A DNA stretch of 64,000 nucleotides, taken from NCBI RefSeq assembly GCF_035084215.1, contig NC_090366.1, forward strand, positions 10,478,001 through 10,542,000, read 5' to 3'. Position numbers and translations under genes: made by a program. Source of the DNA: Heptranchias perlo. Lineage: Eukaryota. Within the stretch, counting starts at the first letter, position 1, and each line of letters opens with the position of its first letter. Below the pieces are notes generated by a model. That model did not search any database, was not told where the DNA came from, and was given only the letters and a program-made list of their open reading frames with translations. This document shows positions 35,583-48,296 of the stretch, in pieces.

Positions 35583-35949
35583 GAACTAAAACAGTGTGAA
35601 ATTATCTCAGTTCATTGTGTTCCTTAATAGAGATGGATAAAACGATTCAATAGGTTGCTACGGTATCTCATCAGGTGTGGAACCTAGCCCCAAATGCACC
35701 CCAGATTCATGGGATGAAAGTTTTGTTTCTGTAGGTTGAAATGCTACTTGGTTTACGTGCTCTGGCCTTAACCAGTGAACATCAGACTGTACCAAGCAAT
35801 GCCCATAATAGTGCACCAGCAAGGGGCATGCACAGCCGCCATTAGATGGCTGTTTTTTTTAAAATAGAAACATTTGATCAGTTCAACAATGGGGTCCCTT
35901 CTGAGTTGACTCCAAACAAACATTGAGAAATAATGCTATACAAATATTA

Positions 35950-36259
35950 TTCTTTACCCAGAGAGTGGTTAGAATGTGGAACTCACTGCCACAAGGAGTG
36001 ATTGAGGCGAATAGCATAGATGCATTTAACGAGGAGCTAGATAAACACATAAGGGAGAGAGTAATAGAAGGTTATGTTGATAGGGTGAGATGAAGTAGGG
36101 AGGGAGGAGGTTCGCGTGGAGCATAAACATCGGCATGGAGCAGTTGGGCCGAATGGCCTGTTTCTGTGCTGTACATTCCATGTAATGCGTGGAGCATAAA
36201 CATCGGCATGGACCAGTTGGGCCGAATGGCCTGTTTCTGTGCTGTACATTCCATGTAAT
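35950..36259 (+). mobile_element. CR1 LINE 3' fragment with a tandemly duplicated 73-bp tail
   Basis: FTQRVVRMWNSLPQ coding; 36114-36186 is repeated at 36187-36259. Confidence 0.9.
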
Positions 36260-37021
36260 ATTAGCGTACTGGCGCCCAACGGATCCTTTATCCGGTATTT
36301 TAAGGGCAGCATTAACTCATTGAAATAAAACGTCCTAAAGCTTTTTCTAAAATAGCATAGAAAGGGATTTTGTACAAACCCATTCTGCTCTGCTACCTCA
36401 ATGTACGCACATTGCAATGTCAAAGCCTCTGTCGGCGGGGTAGCATTCCTGTGTCAAACCGAAGCCACAACTGGCTTGGGAGCTAGGAATTTATAAAGGG
36501 AAAAGAAAGCAAAATAAAGTAGCATTACCTGGGACTGACCCTATTAACAAGAAGAAATGGTGGGGGGTATTAAAGATGCCAACCGCAGGGGAGGTTTTAT
36601 ATACAGCATATGTACCGTTCATTGTCGATAAGAAATAAATTGCTTTGAAGTGAATATTTTTCAGGTACAACTCAGTTGTGCGTGGCCAATTTATAATGGA
36701 CATATCAAAAATATAAACTAGAATTCTTAAAAAAAAAATCTGTAATTTCCTAAGGAGCAGCGTCCTGCCTGTTGGACCAATATGGATTTGAATATACCGT
36801 GGAGATAATATAGATGATAGATTTCCGTGGGTGCAAAGATAACACATGTTAATTGAAAATTGTATATGTATATATGTAAAGCAGGGGTTTACAGATTATC
36901 AAATTCTGCTGCGATATCCCACAGCGCCTGGTGGATGCCCCGTTTTGACTGCCTAATTTGTTCTTAATCTAGCCCAACTAGAACAGTGTTGGTAGGAATA
37001 TTCAGCGTGGAAGACGGGACT

Positions 37022-39130
37022 TGGGGTAGAAATTTGTCTTGCGTGTCACAACGGCCGCCCGTTATATTTCAAAAAAAAACTGAATGGGGGTTAAATTGGT
37101 TAACCCCCGAAAACGGGCGCTGGGATCGCAGTAGGTAATGAACCGGAGCCCGTTGGTTGCCATACAGGCAGCATGTGATGTTTTAAATGATTGCTGCCTG
37201 CTGCCTGCCGCCAGCACTACCTGCGCTGCACCCATCAGCAGGAGACCCGGTATTCCGAGTGGCTCGCGCTTCTTAAAGGGAACCTACACATCTTAAAGGG
37301 GAGGTGCATGGTGGCTGCAAGGAGTGTTGGGAGCAGTTTCAAAACTGAATCTGACACTTTGAGGAATGGCTGAACGTGGAGATCTTGGCGCAAGTGGTGG
37401 AGAGAAGGAGGGACACCCTGTATCCGCAGCGGGGCAAGAGGCACCCCAGACACATGCTCAAGAGGCAGTGGGAGGAAGTAGCAGAGGAGGTAAATGCCAG
37501 GAGCATAGCTCCAAGAACACGGATGCTGTCCAGGATAATTTTAATGATTTAACACCAGTTGTCAAGGTGAGTGAGTTCAAATTTCAAGTGGCAAAGCGTC
37601 ATCCACTGCTCAATTCACTGCACCCCCCACCCACCCCCATCACCCACCATCACCCACCTGCCAACAATCTCTTTCAATTAATACTCTACCATTTAAATTA
37701 TATGCTTTATCTGACCCCCACACATTACCACTGTTGCAAGTCTCACACCCACAACTCACAGTTCACACACACTGGTAGCTATTCAACCATGACAGCCACA
37801 TCACCCAAACATCTTACAGAACACTCACTGACACACTTCCCTCTTTCTTGCAGGAGAAAGTGGCACATAAAAGGAGGCAGAAAGAAAGAACAGGAGGAGG
37901 ACAAGCACGCCCACATATCTTAACTCTCATAGAGAATACAGTGCTGGCCATCATTAGAAGGGCCAATTGTGAGGCCATGGCCACTGACGGTGCTGGAGCG
38001 ATCGCTTTGTCATTTCAGATACCCAAGAACTGGAACATTCCCAGTCAGAGGAGGCAGAGGAAGAAGACAAGGATGTTGAAGAGACACCATCACTCGATCT
38101 TACACTCGCAGCCACCAGCCCGGAGACTGACACTACGTGTACTTTAGAGGCTAAGATAGAGAAGGGATCTGCACGTGGTGAGACACCAGGCACAAGTGTG
38201 CAGGAGCCAGGGTGGGGGGGAAAGGATACCGCAGGTGCCAGTTCACTGGTGGGTGAGGTCGCACACCAGATCTGCTGCAGAGGATTCAGATGATGACTTC
38301 GATGCGCCAAGCTACAGAAGAAGGCTGATGGGCCTACACAACCTAATTCTTGGAGTACTGGGAAGCCTGCCAGAAAGCCTGCGCACAATGTCAAGGAGCA
38401 TAGAGGAGCCCAGCTCCAACTTGGAACAGGGCTTTGCGCAGAGCTTGGAGCCCATCCTTTCCAACATGGAACGGGTGGTCACCTCCATCAGCGCACCTGT
38501 GGAACCCACCATGATGCAATGTCTGATGACCAGTGTCAAAGCATCCATTGCAGAAAAAACATCTGCGATCAAAGATCTGACTGCTGCATTTGGAGATCAG
38601 ACTGCTGCCTTGGAAGCTCGGACTCCTGCTATCGTGGCTCTGAGTCCACTGATGAAAGGGTCCAGCAATCTGTTCTCCAACAGATCACCAGGATTGCTGA
38701 GGCACCGCCACTGGAGAGTGGTAGTGAAGCCATGGAAGACGACCAGCTGTCCTCTCTCAGGAAGACAGCATTCCTGTTCCCACCCCTGCCACTCCGCTAA
38801 TGCCCTTGCTGTTGCAAGTCAGCCAGCCAGCCCAGACTGCTGCAGCCCAGGCCGACATGAGTAAGCCTGGAGCTGGGCCCTCTCGGCCCAGAGCCGCTCG
38901 AGGTTATCCTCCAAGGCCATCTGCAGTGTCTTCAATTGAAGGTTAGCTGCCATCTACCACCCATGCTCCAGCCATTGGGGATGCACCTCAAAGGAGCACT
39001 AGGAAAGATAAAGACGCGAAAGGCAGACATTAAGGGGGATGCACATGGGTGAATAGTGTCACTTTGTTTGCAAAATTGCATGTATTAATTTATAAATGTG
39101 CATTTGAATTTGCATTTGGTGGTGTTTTTT
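37022..39130 (+). mobile_element. PIF/Harbinger transposon relic with a decayed Myb/SANT-like DNA-binding gene
   Basis: From ~37374: VEILAQVVERRRDTLYP...QWEEVAEEVNARSIAPRT (frameshift) FNDLTPVVK|gtgagt at 37566; cag| at 37853 then EKVAHKRRQKERTGGG. Begins with the GGGGTAGAAATT terminus seen on local MITEs. Confidence 0.8.
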
Positions 39131-39189
39131 ATTTCTGCAATGAATTGAGGGAGGAACCAATGTTGAATCATAGGGAGGACGATTTGATG

Positions 39190-39482
39190 GGCCATTTCAG
39201 AGGGGAATTAAGAGTCAACCACGTTGTTGTGGAACTGGAGTCACATGTGGGCTATACCGGATAAGGACGGCAGGTTTCCTACCCTAAAGGATATTAGTGA
39301 ACCAGTTGAAGTTTTATTGGAATCCAACTGCTTCATGGTCATTTTTACTGATAGTTCAAGAATTTTAAAAACTGAATTCAGAGTCTCAAACTGCTGTGGT
39401 GGAATTTCGACAATTGTTCCTTGATTTATCAGTCCAGCCTTTGGATTATTAGTTCAGTATTAGAACCGTTACACTACTGCAC
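39190..39482 (-). mobile_element. SINE fragment, same family as 29170-29630
   Basis: Reverse complement of the CAACTGGTTCACTAATATCCTTTAGGGTAGGAAACCTGCCGTCCTTA core. Confidence 0.75.
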
Positions 39483-40614
39483 TGAACACCATTGATTTGG
39501 TATTATTCATACAGGCTGTGAATTTATTGCATCATGATATTTGTGCAAGTTTACTTTGCATCAAATTGATTGCGGCAGTTTTTCTAAAGGCACTGGATAC
39601 ATTACAACACAATGGACTACACATGGAGCAAGAAAATGAGAAAAAACGAGTTTAAATAATTACAATCGTACAGTTATAGAATCAGATCCTGTTTGGTGTG
39701 GACGTTATTGGCGATTTCAATCGATCTTGCAGTCAATCCGGTGCCGTGTGAAAGCCCTTACTCTCGACACAGCTTGCACTGTGACTGGCTCCGTCCTCTG
39801 TCTTAGGGACATATTACGCGTTATTAGCAGTCATGGACCCTTCTATAGGCAGCATGGATATAATACATTTTCCCCAGTTATTAAGAATTTAAGATCAGAA
39901 TGAGTATTTACTAAGTGATTATTTTGCTTGTTACAACGCTGAGGGTAAAGAAATCGTGCTTTATTAGAGTTTTCAGTTTAAGAAATTAAGTTGAGTGTAT
40001 ATTTACCAACTGACTAATATATTTCACTAATCTATTTTAGAACCTTTATAGTTAGAGATTCAAGCTTTGTTCGATGTTGACGATTTACTTGTATCCGAGA
40101 GGCACTAGAGGAGCGCCTTCAAGTACACTGGCGTTTATTCACACCATGGTCACACGGTGGAGTAAATCTTAGCCTCTAAAAAAACCATTCAGTGTCCTTT
40201 CTCAGCCACGTTGTTTCCGCACAGAGTAGACGCCCACGCCCAGACCGACTGGGTGTTACATTTGCTCTGCAAGACAAAGGGTCATTTCACGCCATCGCCT
40301 TTCAAAGCGGATGTCCTTGTGGTGCGACAGTGCCATGGAGGGGGGAGGGGGCGGAGGAGGGGAAGCCAATGGTGCCTTTGTTTTACAATTCCCAATCAGC
40401 CCATCAGCTCACGTGTCTGTGCTGTCAATACGACGCAGCCATGATATTCCGGCGTAGGAATTCGACCTGGGCGGTAGCGCAAAACGGGCGGTAACGCATG
40501 GGCCGCCTGTTATACGCCCCGTCCGATATTCATTTGCATTGCAGTCTCTCAGAAATTACAATAGCAACTGTACAAAATATTGGGAGTGTACCACTTGGTT
40601 TGAAATACCGAATT

Positions 40615-43600
40615 TCAAAATAGAATGTTACCATTAACTAATTTAGACATGAGTGTAAACGGATATTTCACTGAATGTTTGAACTCCTCTCTGAACTTGG
40701 TCTGAATCACTGCATAAATACACGTGTTGGTGCAGCAACTTAAAAGGAGAAGCAAGTATCCAGCTTCTTGAAGGACATAGAGAGGGTCATTGTTTCCTGT
40801 GTAAGTGTAAGAATTTGTAATTCGGAAATATAAATAATGTACGGTAAAAGTCATCCACAAGAGAACGAAACTGCCTGATATAGTAAGAAGTAAAATGATG
40901 GATTTTCTTCGATTTTCCATTTCGGGATCACTCCCACCTTCGACACAATTCTTACCACGGAGAGCTTTGCGGACTCTACTTGTCACTAAAATAAATCTCA
41001 CGGTGATTGCATTCAGCAGCAAAATCAAAATTAGGGGCACAAACGGGGTTAAAATATGAGTGAGGTACGAAAATGCGATCCACGGAGGCGTTTTGTAAAA
41101 GCTAAATTTGAAGTTGCAGTACCAGGGTACATTGTTAATGAAATATAAAGGTTCTAATGCAAAGTACCAGGGGATATTTCGTAAACTGCTGAGCGCAAAC
41201 ACCGTTCCCACAACCCCGCCTGCCATTCTCTCGGTGCAATATTTGTTTTTCAGCTTCTGACAGCAAATCGCCACATAGCGATCAAAGGTGAAAGCGACTG
41301 TCAACCAGACGGAACTGTCTTTGGCGGCGTAAACCAGGACGCTTTTCAGAGCGCACACTGGAGTGATGGACAGGAAGCCAGCTGGGAAATAAACGGCGAT
41401 TATTCGATTCAACAACACACTAGTGAGAACGACCAGCAGATCCGCTACAGCCATGGCCACCAGGTAGCAAGTGATGCATTTGGAGAGACCGCACTTTCCT
41501 CGGGATAGGATCACAATCGCCATTATGTTACCTGTCAAGAAAAGGATTTTTTTTTTAAAAAAAGCATTACTGGTCAATCGCTCAGAAAAAAAGCATCAGT
41601 GTGGCAGAGAATTGGGTCCAGTGCCACAAACACTCCTTCCAGGTGAAACAGCGATTTACTTGTACTTCTTTCAGATTAGTATACTGTATTGGCTGCTCAC
41701 AATGCGGTCTCCTCCACAATGGGGGGACCAAACACAGACGGGGTAATCGCTTTGCTGAACACCTCTGGTCTGTCCGCAAGCGTGACCCTGACCTGCCGGT
41801 CGCTTGCCATTTTAACTCTACGTCCCACTCCCACTCTGACCTCTCCGTCCTCGGCCTCTTACACTGTCCCAATGAAGCTCGAGGAATAGCATCTCATCTT
41901 TCGATTAGACACTTTACAACCTTCCGGACTCAACATTGATTTCAATAACTTCAGATCATAACCACTGCTCCCATTTTTTTGTGGGACTGCAGATGCTGGT
42001 AATGGTTCCGCTGTTGTCATTTACAGCTCCTCTAGACCCATTCCTTGTTTTGTAACTTGTCCCATTATCAACCTCCTTGCCTTGCACCATCATCCCCTTT
42101 GTCATTTAATCACTCCCACCCTCCACCCTATCAGAGACCTCCCCTTTTGGTCTTTCCTCCCCTCCCCTCCCTTTCCTCCTCCTTTTCCCTGGTTCTGTAC
42201 TTGCTTATTAACTGTTAACTCTTTAACTTCTTCCAGTTCTGACGAAAGGTCTTCGACCTGAAACGTTAACTCTGTTTCTTTCTCCACGGGTGCTGCCTGA
42301 CTGACTGAGTGTTTCCAGTGTTTTCTGTTTCTCTATCAATTTGGCGGGATTTTGTGCGAACTGAAGCGGGTTGAAATTCATCTTGGCGATAGGGCAAAAT
42401 GGGCGGTAACTATGGGCCGTCTGCTATAAGCTCACCCAATATTTGGTTCAAATTTAGAACAATATCGGGTGGGGTGTATAATGGGTGCAATCCCACCCAT
42501 GACCAATATCTACCCTAAGAGTTTTGTTTACATCCAGCAATGAATATCATTCTCTTTATTTTGCAACTGGATTTCATTTGAAAACCAGTGTTTTCTAGTG
42601 AAATCCAGGTGCAAAATAAAATGTCAATAGTTAACAATAAAGAAGCAAAAGGCGACCAACGAATATGAAGCAACATTCTGACAGAAATCGGGACAGAACG
42701 AACAGTCACTTGGACAAGTGTGGGTTGATTAGGGAAACCCAGCACGGATGTGTTAAAGGCAAATCGTGCTTAGCTAAATGATAGAGAGTTTTGATGAGAA
42801 AATAGAGAGAGGAGATGAGGGCAATGCAGCTGATGTGGTGTACATGGACTTTCAAAAGGCGTTTGATAAAATGCCGCATGGAAGGCTTGTCATCAAGATT
42901 GCGGCCCATGGAATAAAGCTGGCAGTAGCAACATGGATACAGAATTGGCTAAGTGACAGGAAACAGAGAGTAGTGGTGAACGGTTGTTTTTCAGACTGGA
43001 GGGAGGTGTACAGTGGTGTTCCCCAGGGGTCGGTGCTGGGACCACTGCTTTTCTTGATATATATTAATGACTTGGACTTGGGTGTGCAGGACACAATTCA
43101 AAATTTGCTGATGACACAAAATTTGGAAGGGTAGTGAACAGTGAGGAGGATAGTGATAGACTTCAAGAGGATATAGACAAGCTGGTGGCATGGGCGGACA
43201 GGTGGCAGATGAAATTTAACGCAGAAAAATGCGAGGTGATGCATTTCAGTCAAACATGAGGAGAGGCAATATAAACTGGAGGGCACAACTCTAAAAAAGG
43301 TACAGGATCAGAGAGATCTATGGGTATATGTGCACAAATCGTTGAAGGTGGCAGAGCAGGTAGAGAAAGTGGTTAAAAAAGCATACAGGATCCTGGATTT
43401 ATAAATAGAGGTATAGAGTACAAAAGTAAGGAAGTCATGATGAACCTTTATAAAACACTGGTTCGGCCACAACTGGAGTATTGTGTCCAGTTCTGGGCAC
43501 TGCACTTTAGGAAAGATGTCAAGGCCTTAGAGCGGGTGCAGAAGAGATTTACTAGAATGATTCCAGGGATGAGGGACTTTAGTGACGTGAATGGACTGCA

Positions 43601-46403
43601 GAAGCGGGGGTTGTTCTCTTTGGAACAGAGACGGTTGCGAGTAGATTTGATAGAGGTATTCAAAATCATGAAGGGTTTAGACAGAGTAGATAGAGATAAA
43701 TTGTTCCCATTGACGGAAGGGTCAAGAACCAGAGGGCATAGATTTAAGATTTTAGACATGAGGAATAACTTTTTACACAGCGAGTGGTTAGGATCTGGAA
43801 TGCACTGCCCGAGGGGGTGGTGGAGGCAGATTCAACCATGGCCTTCAAAAGGGAACTGGATAAGTACTTGAAAAGAAAATTTTGCAGAGCTACGGGGATA
43901 AGGTGGGGGAGTGGGACTAGCTGGATTGCCGGCGCGGATTCAATGGACGGAATTGCCTCCTTCGTGCTCTAACCTTTCTGTCATTCTATGATTCTATTCA
44001 ACATTAAATGATAAGGCGCAGTAGGAAGGTACTGAAATCAATTCAAATGCACGCGGAAGCTCGACCATAAAATTAGGGATAGCAAACTAACTTACTGAAG
44101 AGCTAATTTGAATCCTGCAACGATGCAGTGATTCTAATACAATCGAAAGGAATCGATCACAAATTAGAACTACATAAAAGGTAAGGAATAACGAATGCGC
44201 GATTAATAAGCTGAATAAAATAAAACATAACACGGAACGTTGATGCATTTATCGAATAGCAGAGCGGGAAATGTAAAAAATGCAGACACCGAGCCCCAGC
44301 GGTAAGAGTGACGTTCCACGGGATCGACAGTGGTCGGTCCGAGCACAATAGGTTGAGACCGGTTTTTGCATTTGGAAATTTCAAGTGGGGGAGGAATCAG
44401 CTGAGAAGACTGACAGGAGGAAGAAGTCCGATCCTTGAAAAATCTGGGCACGGTCCTTTGGGGTGAAGTGAAAGCAGCTAATCGACAAAAAGATCATAGG
44501 AATTGCTGGGCCAAAAAAAATCCAAGGTCCGCTTAGTTTACCTGCTCCCATCCTGGTTCTCGCATGATGCAAAGATAAGGAGCTGTTCACCAATCATATC
44601 AATCAATCTCTATCAATTAGTCTCCAACAAAGTCCAACTGTTATCACAATGAGACTCAGGGTTAGAAAATCATTTTTTGGTGGGAGCGCAAAACGGACGG
44701 TACCACATCGTGCGCCTGTTATACGTCCGATATTCAGCCCTCTTGACTTCAATGGAGCTGAAAATGTGACTGTGTCTATAACAGACCTCCCGATGCGATA
44801 CCGCCGGTTTTGCGCTATCAAAGACAAATTTCTAGCCCTCAATGTATTAAAGGTAGAGAATTGCAACGTGGGAGTTCCTAATCTTGCTCCCCTATTCTCT
44901 GATGCCTGCTGGAAAGTATGTATTTGTGGAAAAGGGATAAGGCTAACAGCGGCTCATCGGCGATGGCCTCCGTGGTCAAGCCTCTGCTCACTGATCTTAT
45001 TCAGGCTCACACATAAAATTGAGCCCCCTGGTCCAGGGCTGATAGATTCCACGGAACAGCAGCAGCAAAATATAGAGGAGGAGGAATAAACCAGAAAGTA
45101 AGAAACCTCCTAGTCATGCACCACTCTTCAAATCATGTGATGGCACCGCTGCCAGTCGGATACCAATTGGAATATTTCAAAATATATGGACATAATTGCA
45201 GCAATAAAATCTCACTGGTCGCGGCCAGTGGGTAAACTTCTCCACCATGATGCATGTTCTGAAACTCGGTCCTAAGTACATAGCGTCAAATATAGCAACA
45301 TGCAATGATCTAATCTTACTGGATATCATTGTGATTTCCGCTCACGTTATAATCAGCTGCAATCTTTTCAACCACAGTGCAGCAGATAAATCTGGAAGTT
45401 TGAAAGATTTGTGATGGGTAAAGGTATCAACGGCTATGGATCAAAGCCAGGTAAATGCATTTGAGTTTCAGATGTGCCATGGTCTGATTGATTGACTGAA
45501 CAAGCTCTCGGGGCTGAATGACTACGTCTGTTCCCTTGTCCCTAACTTACTGTCAGCGCTTAAGACTCCCATGTCAATGTCCTCTCTTTCTTACTGTAAG
45601 GCAACCGTTAATGCCTTGATTGTGCGAGGGGAGACGCCTCCATTAAAAGAGTAGAGAGAAGAATCTGGTACGAAAGGGGTTTGTTATTAACCCTAATTTT
45701 AGGTTAACCTCATAGTCAAAACAAGAAACAAAGATACCTGGACCTGATTGAGTCGATTTAATAAAGGATTACAATTTACTTCAAACCAATCATTTGGAAT
45801 AAGTGCTTTTCATTGGAACTCTGAAACCCAGAACCATTTTATTCCGATGTGTAAAATACAAAACTAAAAATACTTACGGCAACCCTTTCATGAAAGCACC
45901 TTCTTGAATCGAATTCCTTAGCTTACATTCTGAGACGTTTAAGCGTAAGTTTGTCAAACATTAGAACTCCCGTATCACCTATGTAATATCATTATCATCA
46001 GCTACACTGGTGTATTTTAATTGTATGACCAAGCGCAATGCCTAGGTCAGGATAGGAGATTGCAAATCGTTGGCAGAATCAGAATAAGCCTGAATCATTT
46101 GTCCGTATTGGAGGAACACCAAACTTTATCAAATCAATCATATAAAATAAACAGTATTGTGTTATTATATCTTGTCAATTGGACGTAGATTCGCGAAAGA
46201 AAAATGACAGCAAAGATTATTCTGTAGCAAGCTTAGAAAGTCAGGTAGGTTTTCATACTGAATACGCAGCAAAAACAATCATTAGTTGAACAGCTGTTTG
46301 AATAATGAAGAATTTGACAGCGTAATTACTTACCCGGAATACCGACAGCAGCAAGAATAGGATAGCAAATAGCATAGACCAGGCCATTCGCTGGTTCATG
46401 CAT
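40615..46403 (-). CDS. Class A orphan GPCR, GPR139/GPR142-like paralogue 2; complement(join(40615..41531,46334..46403)), ~328 aa
   Basis: Exon 1 encodes [23 protein letters not shown], then G|gtaagt. Acceptor ttgacag| gives [17 protein letters not shown]. Motifs FDRY, PWYC and NTCIY. The ORF-track N-terminus [10 protein letters not shown] is intronic. Confidence 0.92.
41610..42338 (+). mobile_element. Penelope-like element 3' part (GIY-YIG endonuclease plus terminal repeat)
   Basis: ORF 41601-41939 [37 protein letters not shown]...PVACHFN matches the PLE-type GIY-YIG pattern; followed by a pyrimidine-rich UTR and a hammerhead motif. Confidence 0.9.
42235..42271 (+). ncRNA. Minimal type I hammerhead ribozyme motif (Penelope-associated)
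   Basis: AGTT-CTGACGA-A-AGGTC TTC GACCT-GAAA-CGTT-AACT: stem I AGTT/AACT, CUGANGA core, 5-bp stem II, GAAA, palindromic ACGT stem III. Confidence 0.7.
42715..43996 (+). mobile_element. CR1 LINE 3' half
   Basis: ORFs 42778-43134 ([19 protein letters not shown]) and 43437-43871; tail TTCTATGATTCTAT. Confidence 0.95.
44658..44839. mobile_element. Palindromic MITE (Harbinger-type); related copies at about 12680-12800, 15840-15997, 40450-40545, 42368-42515, 48836-48990, 55390-55497, 58470-58580 and 59170-59322
   Basis: Termini AGGGTTAGAAAAT / ATTTCTAGCCCT; internal GCGCAAAAC / GTTTTGCGC inverted arms around TTGACTTCAATGG. Confidence 0.7.
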
Positions 46404-46484
46404 TCTCTGTCAGAAAGAATGTCATCTGTTCATGCTAGAATCTCCGTCCGGCTCTGACGTGTGCTTTATGAGTTATTCGAAGGT

Positions 46485-46571
46485 TCACTAATATATGCTT
46501 GAAGGAAGCCCCGAGTGAGACAATTAGTTAACATCATCAGTGATATTAGTTAACAGTTATTTGAACAAACA
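46485..46571 (-). promoter_or_regulatory. Putative core promoter of GPCR paralogue 2
   Basis: Minus strand TGTTTGTTCAAAT...CTAATTGTCTCACTCGGGGCTTCCTTCAAGCATATATTAG, ~90 nt upstream of ATG 46403. Confidence 0.7.
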
Positions 46572-46689
46572 AACCGTGGAAGGCGCTGTCATATTTAATC
46601 CAGTTATGTAACCATATCTATATCAATATTAAAATCCATCTACCCACCTGTCTACGTGTATATCTATCTATGTATATAGCTTTCTACCG

Positions 46690-48296
46690 GTGGCAAGAAA
46701 TATAATGGAATCCTTATTCAAAGATGTAATAGAAAAACATCTAGAAACCAAGTCCAGGTCATTAATACATATCTAAAAGAGCTGTGGTTCTAATGCTGAC
46801 CCCTGGGGAACACCACTTTATTCGTCCCTCTAGTCTGAAAAAACAAATGTTCAGCACTGCTCTCTGCTTTCTGTCCCTTGGTCAATTTTGTATCCATGCT
46901 GAGAGTGTCCCTTTAATCCCATGGGCTTTAATTTTGCTAAATTGTCTATTATTTTATCAAATGCCTTTTGAAAGTCTGTAGACACGACATCACCCGCACT
47001 ACCCTCATCAACCCTCTCCATTAATAAAGAATAGTCAGCATGGATTTCAAAAGGAAAGATCATGCTTGGCCAATATTATTGAATTATTTGAAGAAGTAAC
47101 AGAAAGGGTAGACAAGGTTAATGCATTAGATGTAATATATTTGAACATTCAAAAAGCCTTCGATATGGTACGGCATAGTAAGCTCATGAATAAGATCAGA
47201 ACATGTGGAGTCAGGGGACAAGTAGCAAAATGGATAACAAGCTGGCTACAACACAGCAAACAGAGAGTAGGGGTTAAAGGTGGTTACTCAGACTGACAAA
47301 AGGTGGGAAGTGGCGTTCCACAAGGATTAGTGATTTGGACTCGGGAATCAGAAGTGCAATTTCAAAATTTGTAGATGACACCAAATTGGGGGTATAGTTA
47401 ATACTGGAGAGGACTGAGACAAAACACAGGAAGATATTAATAAACTTGCAGAATGGGTGTGTAATTGGCAAATGAATTTCAATATAGATAAGTACGAGGT
47501 GGTATACTTTGGTAGGAAGAATAAGGAGGCTACATATCCTTGGAAAATAAGAGCCTAAATGGGGTAGAGGAGCAGAGTGATCTGGGGGTATAGATACACA
47601 AAACACTAAAAGTAGCGACGCAGGTTAATAATGCCGTAAAAAGGCAAACCAAACACTGTGGTTCATTTCTAAAGGGATAGAATTCAAAACCAGAGAAGTT
47701 ATGTTAAACTTGTATAAAACTTTGTTTAAACCACACTTGGGGTATTGTGAACAGTTCTGGCCTCCACATTAAAAAAGTATATAGAGGCACTGGAGAAGGT
47801 GCAAAAAAATTACTTGGATGATACCACAACTGAGAGGTTATGATTGTCAGGAAAGATTGAACAGGCTAGAGATTTTTTCGTAAAAAAAGAAGAGTGAAGG
47901 GTGACCTGATAGAGGTCCTTAAGATTATGAAAGGGTTTGATAGGGTAGACGTAGAGAAGATGCTTCCACCCGCGGAGGAATCCAGAACTAGGGGCCATAA
48001 ATATAAGATAGTCATTGATAAATCCAATAGGGAATTCAGGAGAAACCTCTTTACCCAGAGAGTGGTTAGAATGTGGAACTCGCTACCACAGGGAGCAGGT
48101 GAGGCGTGTAGCATAGATATATTTAAGGGGAAGCACACGATAAACACACGAGGGGGAAAGGAATTGAAGGGTATCTTGATAGGGTTAGATGAAGTAGGGA
48201 GGGAGGGAGGGGGCTCCTGTGGAGCATCAACGCTGGCATGGACCTGATGTGCCAAATGGCCTGTTTCTGTGCTGTACATTCTATGTAATTCTATGT
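46690..48296 (+). mobile_element. Degenerate CR1 LINE with an antisense CR1 RT fragment inserted at ~46750-47020
   Basis: ORFs 47066-47296 and 47894-48247 (+) and 46851-47063 (-) all give CR1 RT peptides; tail TTCTATGTAATTCTATG. Confidence 0.9.

Noticed and set aside
41532-41577. ORF-track N-terminus [15 protein letters not shown] for GPCR2
   Set aside because: This is the intron polypyrimidine tract; the true exon 1 is at 46334-46403 by homology with the paralogues.
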